Below are positions 22,090 to 31,266 of a stretch of DNA of 64,000 nt, piece after piece (position 1 is the stretch's first letter; each line of letters begins with the position of its first letter). This DNA is from Pseudomonas sp. Its GTDB lineage: Bacteria > Pseudomonadota > Gammaproteobacteria > Pseudomonadales > Pseudomonadaceae. The position numbers and the translations under genes are program-made. Location of the stretch: the NCBI RefSeq assembly GCF_017744435.1, contig NZ_JAGIBG010000001.1, positions 163,556 to 227,555 on the forward strand, read 5' to 3'. The notes beneath the pieces were generated by a model. It saw only the letters and a program-made list of their open reading frames with translations. It did no database searches and was not told where the DNA came from.

Positions 22090-22971
22090 CTACTGGCGCA
22101 AGCGCTCCAGCGCCTCCAGCACAAACCCGGTGGCCCGCTCCACCTGCCCCTCCCGGCAGGCAATTCCCAGCTGGCGCCACAACCCAGGCCGCAGCGGCCG
22201 GCGCGCAATGCGCCGGTCCAGTTCGGCGGCCTCTCCTTCCTGCGGCAACAAGGTCGCACCATAGCCGGCGCCCACCAGGCTCTTGATCGCATCGTTGTAG
22301 TTCAGCTCGATGCGCGGCTCGGGATACAAGCCCGCCGCCGCGAACCACTCACCCGTCACCCGCGACAACTGGGTGCTGTTGTCATTGAGGATCAACGCAC
22401 GCTGCGCCAGCCAGGCGGGAGTGACTTTGGCGGGTGGCTGCCAGTCGGCCGGCACATACGCCAGGATCGGGTCACGCCGCCAGGGCGTGAGCCTGACGCC
22501 CTTGCCAGCCACCTGCGGCAGCGCCACCAGGCCGATATCCAGGGTGCCTTCGCGCAAACGCGCCAGGGAAGCCTGGGAGGTCAGCACCTGAACCTGCACG
22601 TCGATGCCGGGGTGCGCCACCCGCAGGTGCTCGAGGGCCCTGGGCAGCAAATGGGCAATGGCCCCTGTGGAGGCGCCCAGGCGCACCCGCCCAGTCAGGC
22701 CTTCGACCTGGCGGCGCACCTCGTCCAGGGCTAGGTCGGCATCAGCCAGCAAACGACGAGCACGTGCCAGCAAGGTCTCGCCGATAGTCGTGGGGCGCAC
22801 CTGGTTGCGGTTGCGGGTCAGCAGCGGCGCACCGACCCGCGCCTCCAGCTCGGCCACGTGCAGGCTGATGGTGGGCGGCGCCAGGTTGAGCTGGCGGGCG
22901 GCTTCGGCAAAGGAGCCCAGGTCGGCAATCACCACCAGGGTGCGCAGGCGGTCGAGGCTGATTTCACGCAT
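22090..22971 (-). CDS. LysR-family regulator
   Basis: LDRLRTLVVIADLGSFAEAARQLNLAPPTISLHV. Confidence 0.92.
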   Translation of the reverse strand: MREISLDRLRTLVVIADLGSFAEAARQLNLAPPTISLHVAELEARVGAPLLTRNRNQVRPTTIGETLLARARRLLADADLALDEVRRQVEGLTGRVRLGASTGAIAHLLPRALEHLRVAHPGIDVQVQVLTSQASLARLREGTLDIGLVALPQVAGKGVRLTPWRRDPILAYVPADWQPPAKVTPAWLAQRALILNDNSTQLSRVTGEWFAAAGLYPEPRIELNYNDAIKSLVGAGYGATLLPQEGEAAELDRRIARRPLRPGLWRQLGIACREGQVERATGFVLEALERLRQ

Positions 22972-23085
22972 GGGCGGCGATCCTTGATTCATCAAAACTG
23001 AACGTCAGCATCATGATATTCAAATTTTCTTTCTCAAGGCCACAGGCGAGCATAGGCCATCCCCTCCCCTGACCGGACCCCGACC

Positions 23086-24021
23086 ATGCACACTCCAGTT
23101 GTCTTCATCGACGGCGACCAAGGCACCACCGGCCTGCAGATCCACGCCCGCCTGCAAGGCCGTAGCGACCTGCGTCTGCTGACCCTGCCCGAAGCCGAGC
23201 GCAAGGACCCGCAGCGCCGCGCCGACGCCATCAACAGCGCCGACATCGCCTTGCTGTGCCTGCCCGACGACGCCGCCCGCGAGGCCGTGGCGGCCATCGA
23301 AAATCCGGCTGTGCGGGTGATCGACGCCAGCTCCGCGCACCGCACTACACCCGGCTGGGTCTATGGTTTGCCAGAACTGGACGGGCAGCAGGCCGAGCGT
23401 ATCGCCCAGGCCAAGCGTGTCAGCAACCCTGGCTGCTACCCCACTGGCGCCATCGCCCTGCTGCGCCCACTGGTCAAGGCCGGCCTGCTGCCGGCCGACT
23501 ACCCGCTGAGCATCCATGCCATTTCCGGCTATTCCGGCGGTGGCCGCGCCGCAGTGGAACGGCACGAGACACCGGGTGCCGAGCACGCCCCGACCTTGCA
23601 GCTGTATGGCCTGGAACTGGCGCACAAGCACGTGCCGGAAATCCAGCAGCACGCCGGCCTGTCGGCACGGCCGATGTTCCTGCCGGGTTACGCGGCCTAT
23701 CGCCAGGGCATCGTCCTGAGCATCCCGCTGCAACTGCGCCTGCTGCCGGGCCAGGCCAATGCCGAACAGTTGCAGGCTTGCCTGGAACAGCACTACCAGG
23801 GCGCCCGCCATGTGCAAGTGATGCCCCTGCACCAACAGGGCCCGGCCACCCCGCTCGACCCTGAGGCGCTGAACGACAGCAACGACCTGCGCCTGGCCCT
23901 GTTCGCCAACCCCGAGCACGGCCAGGTGGTGCTGACGGCGGTGTTCGACAACCTCGGCAAGGGGGCCTCGGGCGCGGCGGTGCAGAACCTCGACCTGATG
24001 CTTGCCGCGATGCGCGGCTAA
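23086..24021 (+). CDS. argC: N-acetyl-gamma-glutamyl-phosphate reductase, type 2
   Basis: [35 protein letters not shown]. Confidence 0.92.
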   Translation: MHTPVVFIDGDQGTTGLQIHARLQGRSDLRLLTLPEAERKDPQRRADAINSADIALLCLPDDAAREAVAAIENPAVRVIDASSAHRTTPGWVYGLPELDGQQAERIAQAKRVSNPGCYPTGAIALLRPLVKAGLLPADYPLSIHAISGYSGGGRAAVERHETPGAEHAPTLQLYGLELAHKHVPEIQQHAGLSARPMFLPGYAAYRQGIVLSIPLQLRLLPGQANAEQLQACLEQHYQGARHVQVMPLHQQGPATPLDPEALNDSNDLRLALFANPEHGQVVLTAVFDNLGKGASGAAVQNLDLMLAAMRG

Positions 24022-24094
24022 AAAGGGTTTAGACTGTGCACCCCGCGCCAACCCGGCGCGGGGTGAGCCAACCGCAGCCGGAGCCCGTCCACCG

Positions 24095-24781
24095 ATGTTC
24101 ATCCTGAGCCGCCTCGACAGCGTGCCGCCCGAATCCTTCCAGAACCAGATCCGCGAGCTGGTGATCCACAACGTCGGCGACCTGAGCAGCGTCGCCATTC
24201 GTGCCGAAAACCCGCTGTATCCGCTGTACCAGTACGGTGTCGGCATGGAGATGCACCAGTACCTGCAGGCCATGGACGGCACCCGCGGCCTGGCGGTGCA
24301 GCTGACCCTGGCCCTGGATGCCGACGCCCCGGACCAGTTGCTCGGTTTCGCCCTGACCTTGCCGGCCCAGGACACCCCCCAGGCCTGCGCCCTGGCGTTT
24401 CTGGCCGTGGCGCCCGGCCACCGCCGCCAAGGCATTGCCCGTGCCCTGCTGGGTGACGTGCAGGCGCGCTTTGCCAGCGTCGAACTGAATGCCTTTGCCC
24501 ATCAGGTGCCCTGGTTCGAAAGCATGGGCATGCAGGTGGTCGCCGCCAGCGGGCCGCAGGTGCTGATGAGCAGCACCGGCCAGGCCAGTGGTGCGCTGAT
24601 CGGTCGGTTGGACATTGCGCCGATCTACCAGACCGCCGAAGTGCTGCAGATTCACACTTACCTGCTCAATCAGCAGGGTGAGGATGCCATGCTCGATGCC
24701 GAGCAACAGCGCGATGAATGGCTGGATGAGTTGACGGTGCAAGCCAAGGAATGTGTACGGCAGCGCAGATCGGTGCATTGA
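24095..24781 (+). CDS. GNAT-family acetyltransferase
   Basis: Motif A LAVAPGHRRQGIARALL. Confidence 0.85.
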   Translation: MFILSRLDSVPPESFQNQIRELVIHNVGDLSSVAIRAENPLYPLYQYGVGMEMHQYLQAMDGTRGLAVQLTLALDADAPDQLLGFALTLPAQDTPQACALAFLAVAPGHRRQGIARALLGDVQARFASVELNAFAHQVPWFESMGMQVVAASGPQVLMSSTGQASGALIGRLDIAPIYQTAEVLQIHTYLLNQQGEDAMLDAEQQRDEWLDELTVQAKECVRQRRSVH

Positions 24782-24787
24782 TCTGAG

Positions 24788-24880
24788 GGCCTCTTCGCGG
24801 GCAAGCCCGCTCCCACAGGGACCACACAGGATTTGAAACCTGCGCGATTCCTGTGGGAGCGGGCGTGCCCGCGAAGAAGC
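24788..24880. repeat. REP doublet
   Basis: GGCCTCTTCGCGGGCAAGCCCGCTCCCACAGG plus an inverted copy between convergent genes. Confidence 0.9.
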
Positions 24881-24892
24881 AACACTGGCCGG

Positions 24893-25648
24893 TCAGGCAT
24901 GCACCCAACGCCGATGCAGCCCGCGGGCCAGGGCATCGAGCATGAACCCCAGCATGCCGATCAGCAGCACCATCGCCATCAGCTCCGAGTACGCCAGGCG
25001 ATCGCGGGTATCGAGAATGAAATACCCCAGCCCCGCACTCACCCCGAGCATCTCGCACGGCACCAGCACGATCCACAGGATGCCGATGGCCAGGCGCACG
25101 CCGGTCAGTACATGGCCAATCACCCCGGGGAGGATCACCTTGCACAAGGTTTCCCAGCGCGTGGCACTGAGGCTGCGGCTCAGCTGCAGCCAGCGCGGGT
25201 CGAGCTGGCGCACGCCAGCGGCGGTATTGAGCAGAATCGGCCACAGTGCGGCGAAGGCCAGCAGGAAGTAGATCGGCTGGTCGCCCACGCCCACCAGCAT
25301 CACCACCACGGGCATCCACGACAGTGGCGAAATCATCCGCAGGAACTGGAACGCCGGCGTGGTCGCCGCCTCCAGGTGCCGGTAGCTGCCGACCAGCAAT
25401 CCCAGCGGCACGCCGATCAGCAACGCCAGCAACAAGCCGACCAGAATGCGCTTGAGGCTGACCCAGACATGCCCATAGACCTCGCCCTGGCCGAGCAACT
25501 CGACCAGGCTGGCCAGGGTCGCCTGGGGCGAGAAGCGCGCCGACAGGCCGTCGGCCTCGCCGAACAACCGCACCCCCAGCCACCACAGCAACAGCAACCC
25601 CAGCAGGCCGGCCAAACCCAGGCCGGCATGGACGACGTGCTTGCGCAT
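24893..25648 (-). CDS. ABC transporter permease (SsuC/NrtB-like)
   Basis: Multiple TM segments; EAA-like loop LSRSLSATRWETLCKVILP. Confidence 0.92.
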   Translation of the reverse strand: MRKHVVHAGLGLAGLLGLLLLWWLGVRLFGEADGLSARFSPQATLASLVELLGQGEVYGHVWVSLKRILVGLLLALLIGVPLGLLVGSYRHLEAATTPAFQFLRMISPLSWMPVVVMLVGVGDQPIYFLLAFAALWPILLNTAAGVRQLDPRWLQLSRSLSATRWETLCKVILPGVIGHVLTGVRLAIGILWIVLVPCEMLGVSAGLGYFILDTRDRLAYSELMAMVLLIGMLGFMLDALARGLHRRWVHA

Positions 25649-26853
25649 CAGACCGCGAACTCCTCGCTACGCTGGAAGTTCTCGGCAATGCCGAACACCG
25701 AGGGGCCGCCGACGGCGGCAATGGCGTTGCGCACGAAGCGGTCGTCGACCAGGTCGCGGGCCGTCTGCGCCGGGTCCAGCCCAGCGAGGAAGCCGCTTTC
25801 GCCCTCGATCAGGGTGTGCTTCAGGCGCTTGACCAGTTCCTCGGTGTAGCTGGGGTATGGGTAGGGCTGGAAGTCGATGCGTTTTTCATCCCACTGCTGG
25901 TGCTGAATCGCGCCACTGGCAATGTAGCTGGCACGGTCTTCGGCGGCCGGGGCCAGCACCTTGGTCAGCACTGCCGGTTCATGCGGGGTGTATTTGTTGA
26001 GGCCCGCCTTGGACAGCAGCGCTGCCGCTTCGGCGCGGTGGTCACGGGTCCAGTGCTGGGCCTTGACGATGGCGTTGACCACCTTCTGCGACCATTCCGG
26101 GCGGTTGTTAAGGTCGTGCTCGTGCATGAACACCACGCAGCAGGCGTGGTTGCGCCAGACATCGCCGGTAAAGCGCTGCACGCGGCCGATCTTGAGGTTC
26201 TCGGCCAGGGCATTGAACGGTTCGGCGACGATGTAGCCGGCGATGCGCTTGCTGGCCAGGGCTGGCGGCATGTCCGAGGGTGGCAGCACCAGCAGGTTGA
26301 CTTCGTTGGCCGCCAGCTGAGCATTGGCGGGCTTCGACACCGGGGTCAGGCCGTTGTCGTTGAGCATCTGCTGCAGCACCACGTTGTGGATCGAGTACCA
26401 GAACGGGATGGCCACGGTCTTGCCGCCCAGCTGCTTCATGTCGGTGATGTCTGGCGCCACGGTCAGGCCCGAACCGCCGACATGGTTCCAGGCCACCACC
26501 TTGGCCGGTACCTTGCTGCCATAACGTGCCCACACGGTCATCGGCGACAGCAGGTGAATAACGTTGACCTGGCCCGAGATGAACGCCTCGATCACCTGCG
26601 CCCAGCTGCGCAGCAGCACCGGGCGCTCGGCCTTGATGCCTTCGGCCTCGAACAGGCCGTTGTTGTGCGCCACCAGCAGCGGCGTTGCATCGGTGATCGG
26701 CAGGTAGCCGATGCGCACCGGCGCGTCGGGTTCGGCGGCGGCGCGGGCCTGCAGGCTGGAAAGCAGTGGCACGGCACCGGCGGCAGTAAGCATGGCGCTG
26801 AGCTTGAGGAAATCACGACGGGAAGTGGCGGAACAGCAGTCATCCATGCACAT
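25648..26853 (-). CDS. ABC substrate-binding protein (NrtA/CmpA/SsuA-like), Tat signal
   Basis: SRRDFLKL twin-arginine motif; IGYLPITDATPLLVA. Confidence 0.9.
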   Translation of the reverse strand: MCMDDCCSATSRRDFLKLSAMLTAAGAVPLLSSLQARAAAEPDAPVRIGYLPITDATPLLVAHNNGLFEAEGIKAERPVLLRSWAQVIEAFISGQVNVIHLLSPMTVWARYGSKVPAKVVAWNHVGGSGLTVAPDITDMKQLGGKTVAIPFWYSIHNVVLQQMLNDNGLTPVSKPANAQLAANEVNLLVLPPSDMPPALASKRIAGYIVAEPFNALAENLKIGRVQRFTGDVWRNHACCVVFMHEHDLNNRPEWSQKVVNAIVKAQHWTRDHRAEAAALLSKAGLNKYTPHEPAVLTKVLAPAAEDRASYIASGAIQHQQWDEKRIDFQPYPYPSYTEELVKRLKHTLIEGESGFLAGLDPAQTARDLVDDRFVRNAIAAVGGPSVFGIAENFQRSEEFAV

Positions 26854-27661
26854 GTGCAGGCTCCGAAGGCAACGAGGTAGGGGAAGGTTCAGCCGTGCGG
26901 CTTGCCCGCCGAAGGGTTTTCAGGATCTCGATTCGCAGTGCGCCCAGCTCTTCGACCCGGTGTGCGCGCGGTTGCGGCAGGTCGATGTGCCATTGGCCAA
27001 GGATGTGCGCCGGGTGGTCGCCCAGTAGCAGCACCCGGTCGGACAACAACAGGGCTTCGTCGATATCGTGGGTAATCAGCACCGCCGCCGTGTTGTGGGT
27101 GGCGATCAGTTGCAGCAGCAATTGCTGCATGTCGGCACGGGTCACTTCGTCGAGCGCACCGAACGGCTCGTCGAGCAGCAGGACTTCGGGCTGGCGCGCC
27201 AGGCAGCGGGCCAGCGCAGTTCGCTGGGCCATGCCGCCGGACAACTGCGCCGGGTACTGGTTGCGCGCATGGGCCAGGCCCACCGCGCTGATGGCATGGT
27301 CGATGCGCGCACGGCGCTCGGCTGCGGCCAGCTTGGGCTGGCGGGCGAAGTCCAGGCCGAAGGCGACGTTCTTTTCCAGGCTCAGCCAGGGCAGCAGGCT
27401 CGGGTCCTGGAAGGCCACTGCCAGACGCGGGTGCGGCCCTTGCAACGGCTCGCCGTGCAGGGTCACGCGCCCGCTACGCGGTTGCTGCAGGCCGGCCAGC
27501 ACCCGCAGCAGGCTGGACTTGCCGACGCCACTGGGGCCGAGGATGGTCACCACCTCCCCTGGCGCCAGTTGCAGGTCGAAGCGCGCCAGCACGTCCTGCC
27601 AGCCGCCCTCGCGCGGGTAGCCCAGGCTGATCTCGCGGGCTTCGAGTAACGCTTGGCTCAT
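26840..27661 (-). CDS. ABC transporter ATP-binding protein
   Basis: GPSGVGKS Walker A, LSGGMAQR, LLDEPFGALD. Confidence 0.95.
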   Translation of the reverse strand: MSQALLEAREISLGYPREGGWQDVLARFDLQLAPGEVVTILGPSGVGKSSLLRVLAGLQQPRSGRVTLHGEPLQGPHPRLAVAFQDPSLLPWLSLEKNVAFGLDFARQPKLAAAERRARIDHAISAVGLAHARNQYPAQLSGGMAQRTALARCLARQPEVLLLDEPFGALDEVTRADMQQLLLQLIATHNTAAVLITHDIDEALLLSDRVLLLGDHPAHILGQWHIDLPQPRAHRVEELGALRIEILKTLRRASRTAEPSPTSLPSEPAHVHG

Positions 27662-28722
27662 GCGCTGGCGGCCTGGCGATGCAGCTCGGCGCGCAGTTGC
27701 ACCAGGCTTGGGGTGACGATCGGCACGAACGCCGACTCGCGCCAGCGGCGGGCGAAGCCGGCACCGAACTCATCCAGGTACGCCTTGCCGCCGCTGGCCT
27801 GCAGCTCCAGCTGCACGGCGTCGGCCGCACTTTCGGCCAGGGTGATGCGCAGCTTGAACAGCGCCGCCGGCTGGCTCTGGAAGCGCTCTTCGAGCAGGCC
27901 TTGCTTGAGCTCGGCCACGGTGTTTTCCAGGCGTTCCTTGAGCACCTGACGGTGTTCTTCGAGGAACGACAGGCGCCCGTGCAGGTGTTCATGCACTTCG
28001 TGCAGCGACCGCCGCGCCAGGCCGATGGCCATGCCGCACTGCAGGGCGAGAAACGCCGGGCGCACCTTGGGCAGGAATTCGCGGGCGTTTTCGTGCAGCA
28101 GCCAGTCGCGGCTCAACTCGACCTGGTGGAACGCCAGCGCTGCCGTATTGCTCGATTGCAGGCCCATCAGTTCCAGGTCGTCGGAGCGCTCCAGGCCCTG
28201 GCTGTCGGAGGGAATGGCCATCACGAACGGCGAGCCGCCGGCGTCGTCCTCGATGGCCGCTGCCACGACGAAGCCGCTCTTGCGCAGGTTGGTCACCCAG
28301 TGCAGGCGGCCTTCCAGCGTCCAGCCCGCCGCGTCGGGGCGGCCACGCACCTGCAAGGTCTCGATCCCGGAGAGGAACTTCATGGCGTTGGACAAACCGG
28401 TGGCACCGGCCAGCTCGCCAGTCAGCAGGCTGGGCAGCAAGCGCTCGCGCAAGGCCTGGTTGGGGCTTTGCAGCAGGTATTCGATGAACGCGCGCTGGCC
28501 CCAGCAGACGAAGGCTGCGGCCAGTGAGCGGCTGGCGATGGCGGCGATGGCTTCGACCGCATGGGTGACCGCGCCCCCGCTGCCGCCCAGTACCGGGGCG
28601 ACGCCGACGCGCAGCAGTTGCGATTCGGCGATGTGCGCCAGCACCTGCTGCGGGTCGCATTGGCCCTGGTCGATAGCCTCGGCGTTGGCATCCAGCCACT
28701 GACGAAATGCAGCATCAAGCAT
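27658..28722 (-). CDS. Acyl-CoA dehydrogenase-like flavoprotein
   Basis: ATGLSNAM, GRLHWVTN, LMGLQSSNT, LQASGGKAY resemble the ACAD/DszC-like fold. Confidence 0.8.
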   Translation of the reverse strand: MLDAAFRQWLDANAEAIDQGQCDPQQVLAHIAESQLLRVGVAPVLGGSGGAVTHAVEAIAAIASRSLAAAFVCWGQRAFIEYLLQSPNQALRERLLPSLLTGELAGATGLSNAMKFLSGIETLQVRGRPDAAGWTLEGRLHWVTNLRKSGFVVAAAIEDDAGGSPFVMAIPSDSQGLERSDDLELMGLQSSNTAALAFHQVELSRDWLLHENAREFLPKVRPAFLALQCGMAIGLARRSLHEVHEHLHGRLSFLEEHRQVLKERLENTVAELKQGLLEERFQSQPAALFKLRITLAESAADAVQLELQASGGKAYLDEFGAGFARRWRESAFVPIVTPSLVQLRAELHRQAASA

Positions 28723-28770
28723 GTCCCTACTCCTTTTGAAATCGCAGGCGCCACCAGCGCCAGGCGTCAA

Positions 28771-29331
28771 TTACGCAGTTGGCTGCCAGCGGTACTTGCT
28801 CAGCTCGTCGTTGAGCGGCGTCTGGGCGAACACATTAGCAAAGTTGCACAGGGTTGCGAGACTCACGCCAAGAATCACTTCCAGGGCGTTGCCCTCGGTG
28901 AAACCCGCTGCGCGGAAGGCCTGGTAGGTGGCGTCGCTGACATTGCCGCGGGTGGCGATGACTTCACGGGCGAATTCGGCCAGGGTCTCGTAGCGGGCAT
29001 CTGGCAGTTCGCCACGGGCACGCAGGGCGTCGACCACTTCGGCGGGCAGTTTGGCCTTGTTCAGGGCCACGGCGGTATGGCCGGCGACGCAGAAATCGCA
29101 ACCGTGCTTGGTGGCGGCAATCAGTTGTACCACTTCACGCTCGGCCAGGGTCAGCTCGGATTTGCCGTTCAGGGCCGAGACGGTGACGTAGGTTTCCAGC
29201 GCTGCCGGGGCGTTGGCCAGCACGCCGAGCAGGTTGGGAATGAAACCGGAGTTCTTCTGGGCGTTTTCGAGGAATGGGCGGGCCGCTTCCGGGGCGCTCT
29301 GCAGAGTGTGTAGAGTAATGCGCGAGGTCAT
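28771..29331 (-). CDS. AhpD-like / carboxymuconolactone decarboxylase-family peroxidase
   Basis: CxxCxxxH core (HGCDFCVAGH). Confidence 0.88.
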   Translation of the reverse strand: MTSRITLHTLQSAPEAARPFLENAQKNSGFIPNLLGVLANAPAALETYVTVSALNGKSELTLAEREVVQLIAATKHGCDFCVAGHTAVALNKAKLPAEVVDALRARGELPDARYETLAEFAREVIATRGNVSDATYQAFRAAGFTEGNALEVILGVSLATLCNFANVFAQTPLNDELSKYRWQPTA

Positions 29332-29434
29332 GGAGTGGTCTCCTGTTGATGTGTGTCGCTACAGTCTGTTGGTTATAAGAATTACCCTCCATATTCATCA
29401 GTCGCCTTTCCTTGCTCCTGAGTCTTTGCATTAG

Positions 29435-30340
29435 ATGATTTCATCCAGCCATCTTGTCGATTGGTTATTAGAAAGCCTCGAGCTCGACGCCAGCCTGTTC
29501 CATGTCGGCCGCTACTGCGGCGGCTGGCATGCCAGCACCCAGGGCATGGGCCGCGCCAGCTTCCACCTGGTGGTGCAGGGCCATTGCTGGCTGCACCTCG
29601 ATGGCCAGGCCGAGGCCGTGCGCCTGGCAACCGGCGATGCCGTGTTCCTGCTGCGCGACCTGGGCTATCGGCTGTCCAGCGACCAGGACCCGATCGCAGC
29701 CTGCGAGCAGCCACGCCGTGAGATGCAGGCATTGGATGCGACGGCGAGCGATGGTGTGGGCCTGGTCTGCGGGTTCTTCGACTTCCGCCCCGGGTTGTCG
29801 TCACTGATCGTCGAAGGGCTGGCCGACTGGATCGTGCTGCGCGCCGATGAACCGGCCGGGCATGCGGCGCGGGCGTTGTTCGGGCTGATTCTGGAGGAGT
29901 GCCAGCGCTCGCCCTCGCAAATGCTGCTGGAGCGCCTGACCCACCTGCTGTTTCTGTATGTGCTGCGCCAGCAGGTACACGCCGGGCAATCGCTGGGCGG
30001 GCTGGTCGCCCTCGCCCGCCAGCCGGCGTTTGCCGGGTTGCTGGAGCAATTGATCGAACAGCCTGGCCAGGCCTGGACACTGGAGAGCATGGCAGCCTGC
30101 ACCGGGTTGTCGCGTTCGGCGTTCTTCAAGCGCTTCAATGAACTGGCCGGGCAGTCGCCGGGGCAAGTGTTGCTGGCGCTGCGCATGCGCCATGCCTGCC
30201 GGTTGCTGCAGGCGGGCAATACCGTGGAACAGGTTGGGGGGCAGGTGGGGTATCAGTCGGTGGCTGCGTTTACCCGGGCGTTCGCCAAGGCCATGGGGGT
30301 GCAGCCTGGGGCTTATCGTCGGCAACATGAAGGAAGGTGA
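29435..30340 (+). CDS. AraC-family regulator with Cupin_6 N-terminus (RclR-like)
   Basis: YCGGW..FHLVVQGHCW..LVCGFF; C-terminal WTLESMA..LSRSAFFKRF..GYQSVAAFTRAF. Confidence 0.88.
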   Translation: MISSSHLVDWLLESLELDASLFHVGRYCGGWHASTQGMGRASFHLVVQGHCWLHLDGQAEAVRLATGDAVFLLRDLGYRLSSDQDPIAACEQPRREMQALDATASDGVGLVCGFFDFRPGLSSLIVEGLADWIVLRADEPAGHAARALFGLILEECQRSPSQMLLERLTHLLFLYVLRQQVHAGQSLGGLVALARQPAFAGLLEQLIEQPGQAWTLESMAACTGLSRSAFFKRFNELAGQSPGQVLLALRMRHACRLLQAGNTVEQVGGQVGYQSVAAFTRAFAKAMGVQPGAYRRQHEGR

Positions 30341-30348
30341 CCTGTACT

Positions 30349-30444
30349 GGCCTATTCGCGGGTAAACCCGCTCCCACAGGATCGCCACAGGTTTCAATAC
30401 CTGTGCAGTACCTGTGGGAGCGGGCTCGCCCGCGAAGAGGCCGG
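30349..30444. repeat. REP doublet
   Basis: GGCCTATTCGCGGGTAAACCCGCTCCCACAGG plus an inverted copy. Confidence 0.9.
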
Positions 30445-30458
30445 GACAGGCGTTAGAT

Positions 30459-30998
30459 TCAGGCCTGGCTGACCGGGATATCCCCCGCCCCCTTGCCATC
30501 ACGTCGCTCGCACATCCACTCATTGACCTGCTGCCCGAACTCGGCCGGCGCCTTGCGCCCAAACCGCCGTGCCAGGTCAAGGATGGTCTGCTGCGCCAAC
30601 GCCTCTTCCATACGTTTCTGCGCCCCCAGCATCACCGCATGTATGGCGCAGGTGCCTTCGGTCGCCCAGCCCGGCGCTGAACCTTCGAACAAGGTGCAAC
30701 GTTCGCGGATCTCGCGGCAATCGAAGATCTTCTTCGGCCCGTCGATGGCGTTGACGATATCCAGCACGGTGATTTCGTCCGACGGCCGGGCCAGGCGAAA
30801 ACCGCCGCGCACGCCTTCGGTGGCCGCCACCAGCTTGGCCCGGGCGAGCTTGGTGAAGACCTTGGCCAGGTACTCCTGCGGCACGCCCTGCAGCTCCGCC
30901 AGGTCACGCACGCTGGACTCACGGGTATCACCTCGTTCATCCACGAGGTACAGCAGGCAATGGATGCCGTATTCGACGCCAGCACTGTAGAGCGACAT
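30459..30998 (-). CDS. Rrf2-family regulator, RsrR-like
   Basis: SAGVEYGIHC (E9, H13), FDCREIR (C94), GTCAI (C117); EGVRGGFRLAR wing. Confidence 0.88.
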   Translation of the reverse strand: MSLYSAGVEYGIHCLLYLVDERGDTRESSVRDLAELQGVPQEYLAKVFTKLARAKLVAATEGVRGGFRLARPSDEITVLDIVNAIDGPKKIFDCREIRERCTLFEGSAPGWATEGTCAIHAVMLGAQKRMEEALAQQTILDLARRFGRKAPAEFGQQVNEWMCERRDGKGAGDIPVSQA

Positions 30999-31002
30999 AT
31001 AA

Positions 31003-31027
31003 ATCTCCGACCAACTTTGTCGCAAAT
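31003..31027. promoter_or_regulatory. Degenerate second Rrf2 operator just upstream of the Rrf2 start codon
   Basis: ATCTCCGA-N9-TCGCAAAT; 6/8 and 5/8 match to the half-sites of the perfect site at 31185. Confidence 0.5.
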
Positions 31028-31173
31028 ACTACGCTGATCACGGGCGCAGCGCAAAGCTGACCTGCGCCATTCATCGCTATTTCATGCCCCCGACTTTCCC
31101 TTTAAAGCCCAGCCACAAAGGCATCCGCCCGGTTTTTACCGCCTGTCGTCCGCTGCCCGTTCAAAAAAAACGC

Positions 31174-31209
31174 TTGCCGATTCAAACTACGATCAATACA
31201 GTCGTAGTT
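31174..31209 (+). promoter_or_regulatory. Sigma70 promoter overlapped by a 25-bp palindromic operator
   Basis: TTGCCG(31174)-N17-TACAGT(31197); AACTACGA-N9-TCGTAGTT at 31185-31209. Confidence 0.7.
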
Positions 31210-31266
31210 ATTCGAGCAGCACAACCAACGCCCTCGAAGCCCTCTTCAACCTTGCGGAGCACTTCC

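Noticed and set aside
23020-24435. 471-aa minus-strand ORF
   Set aside because: Shadow of argC and the GNAT gene
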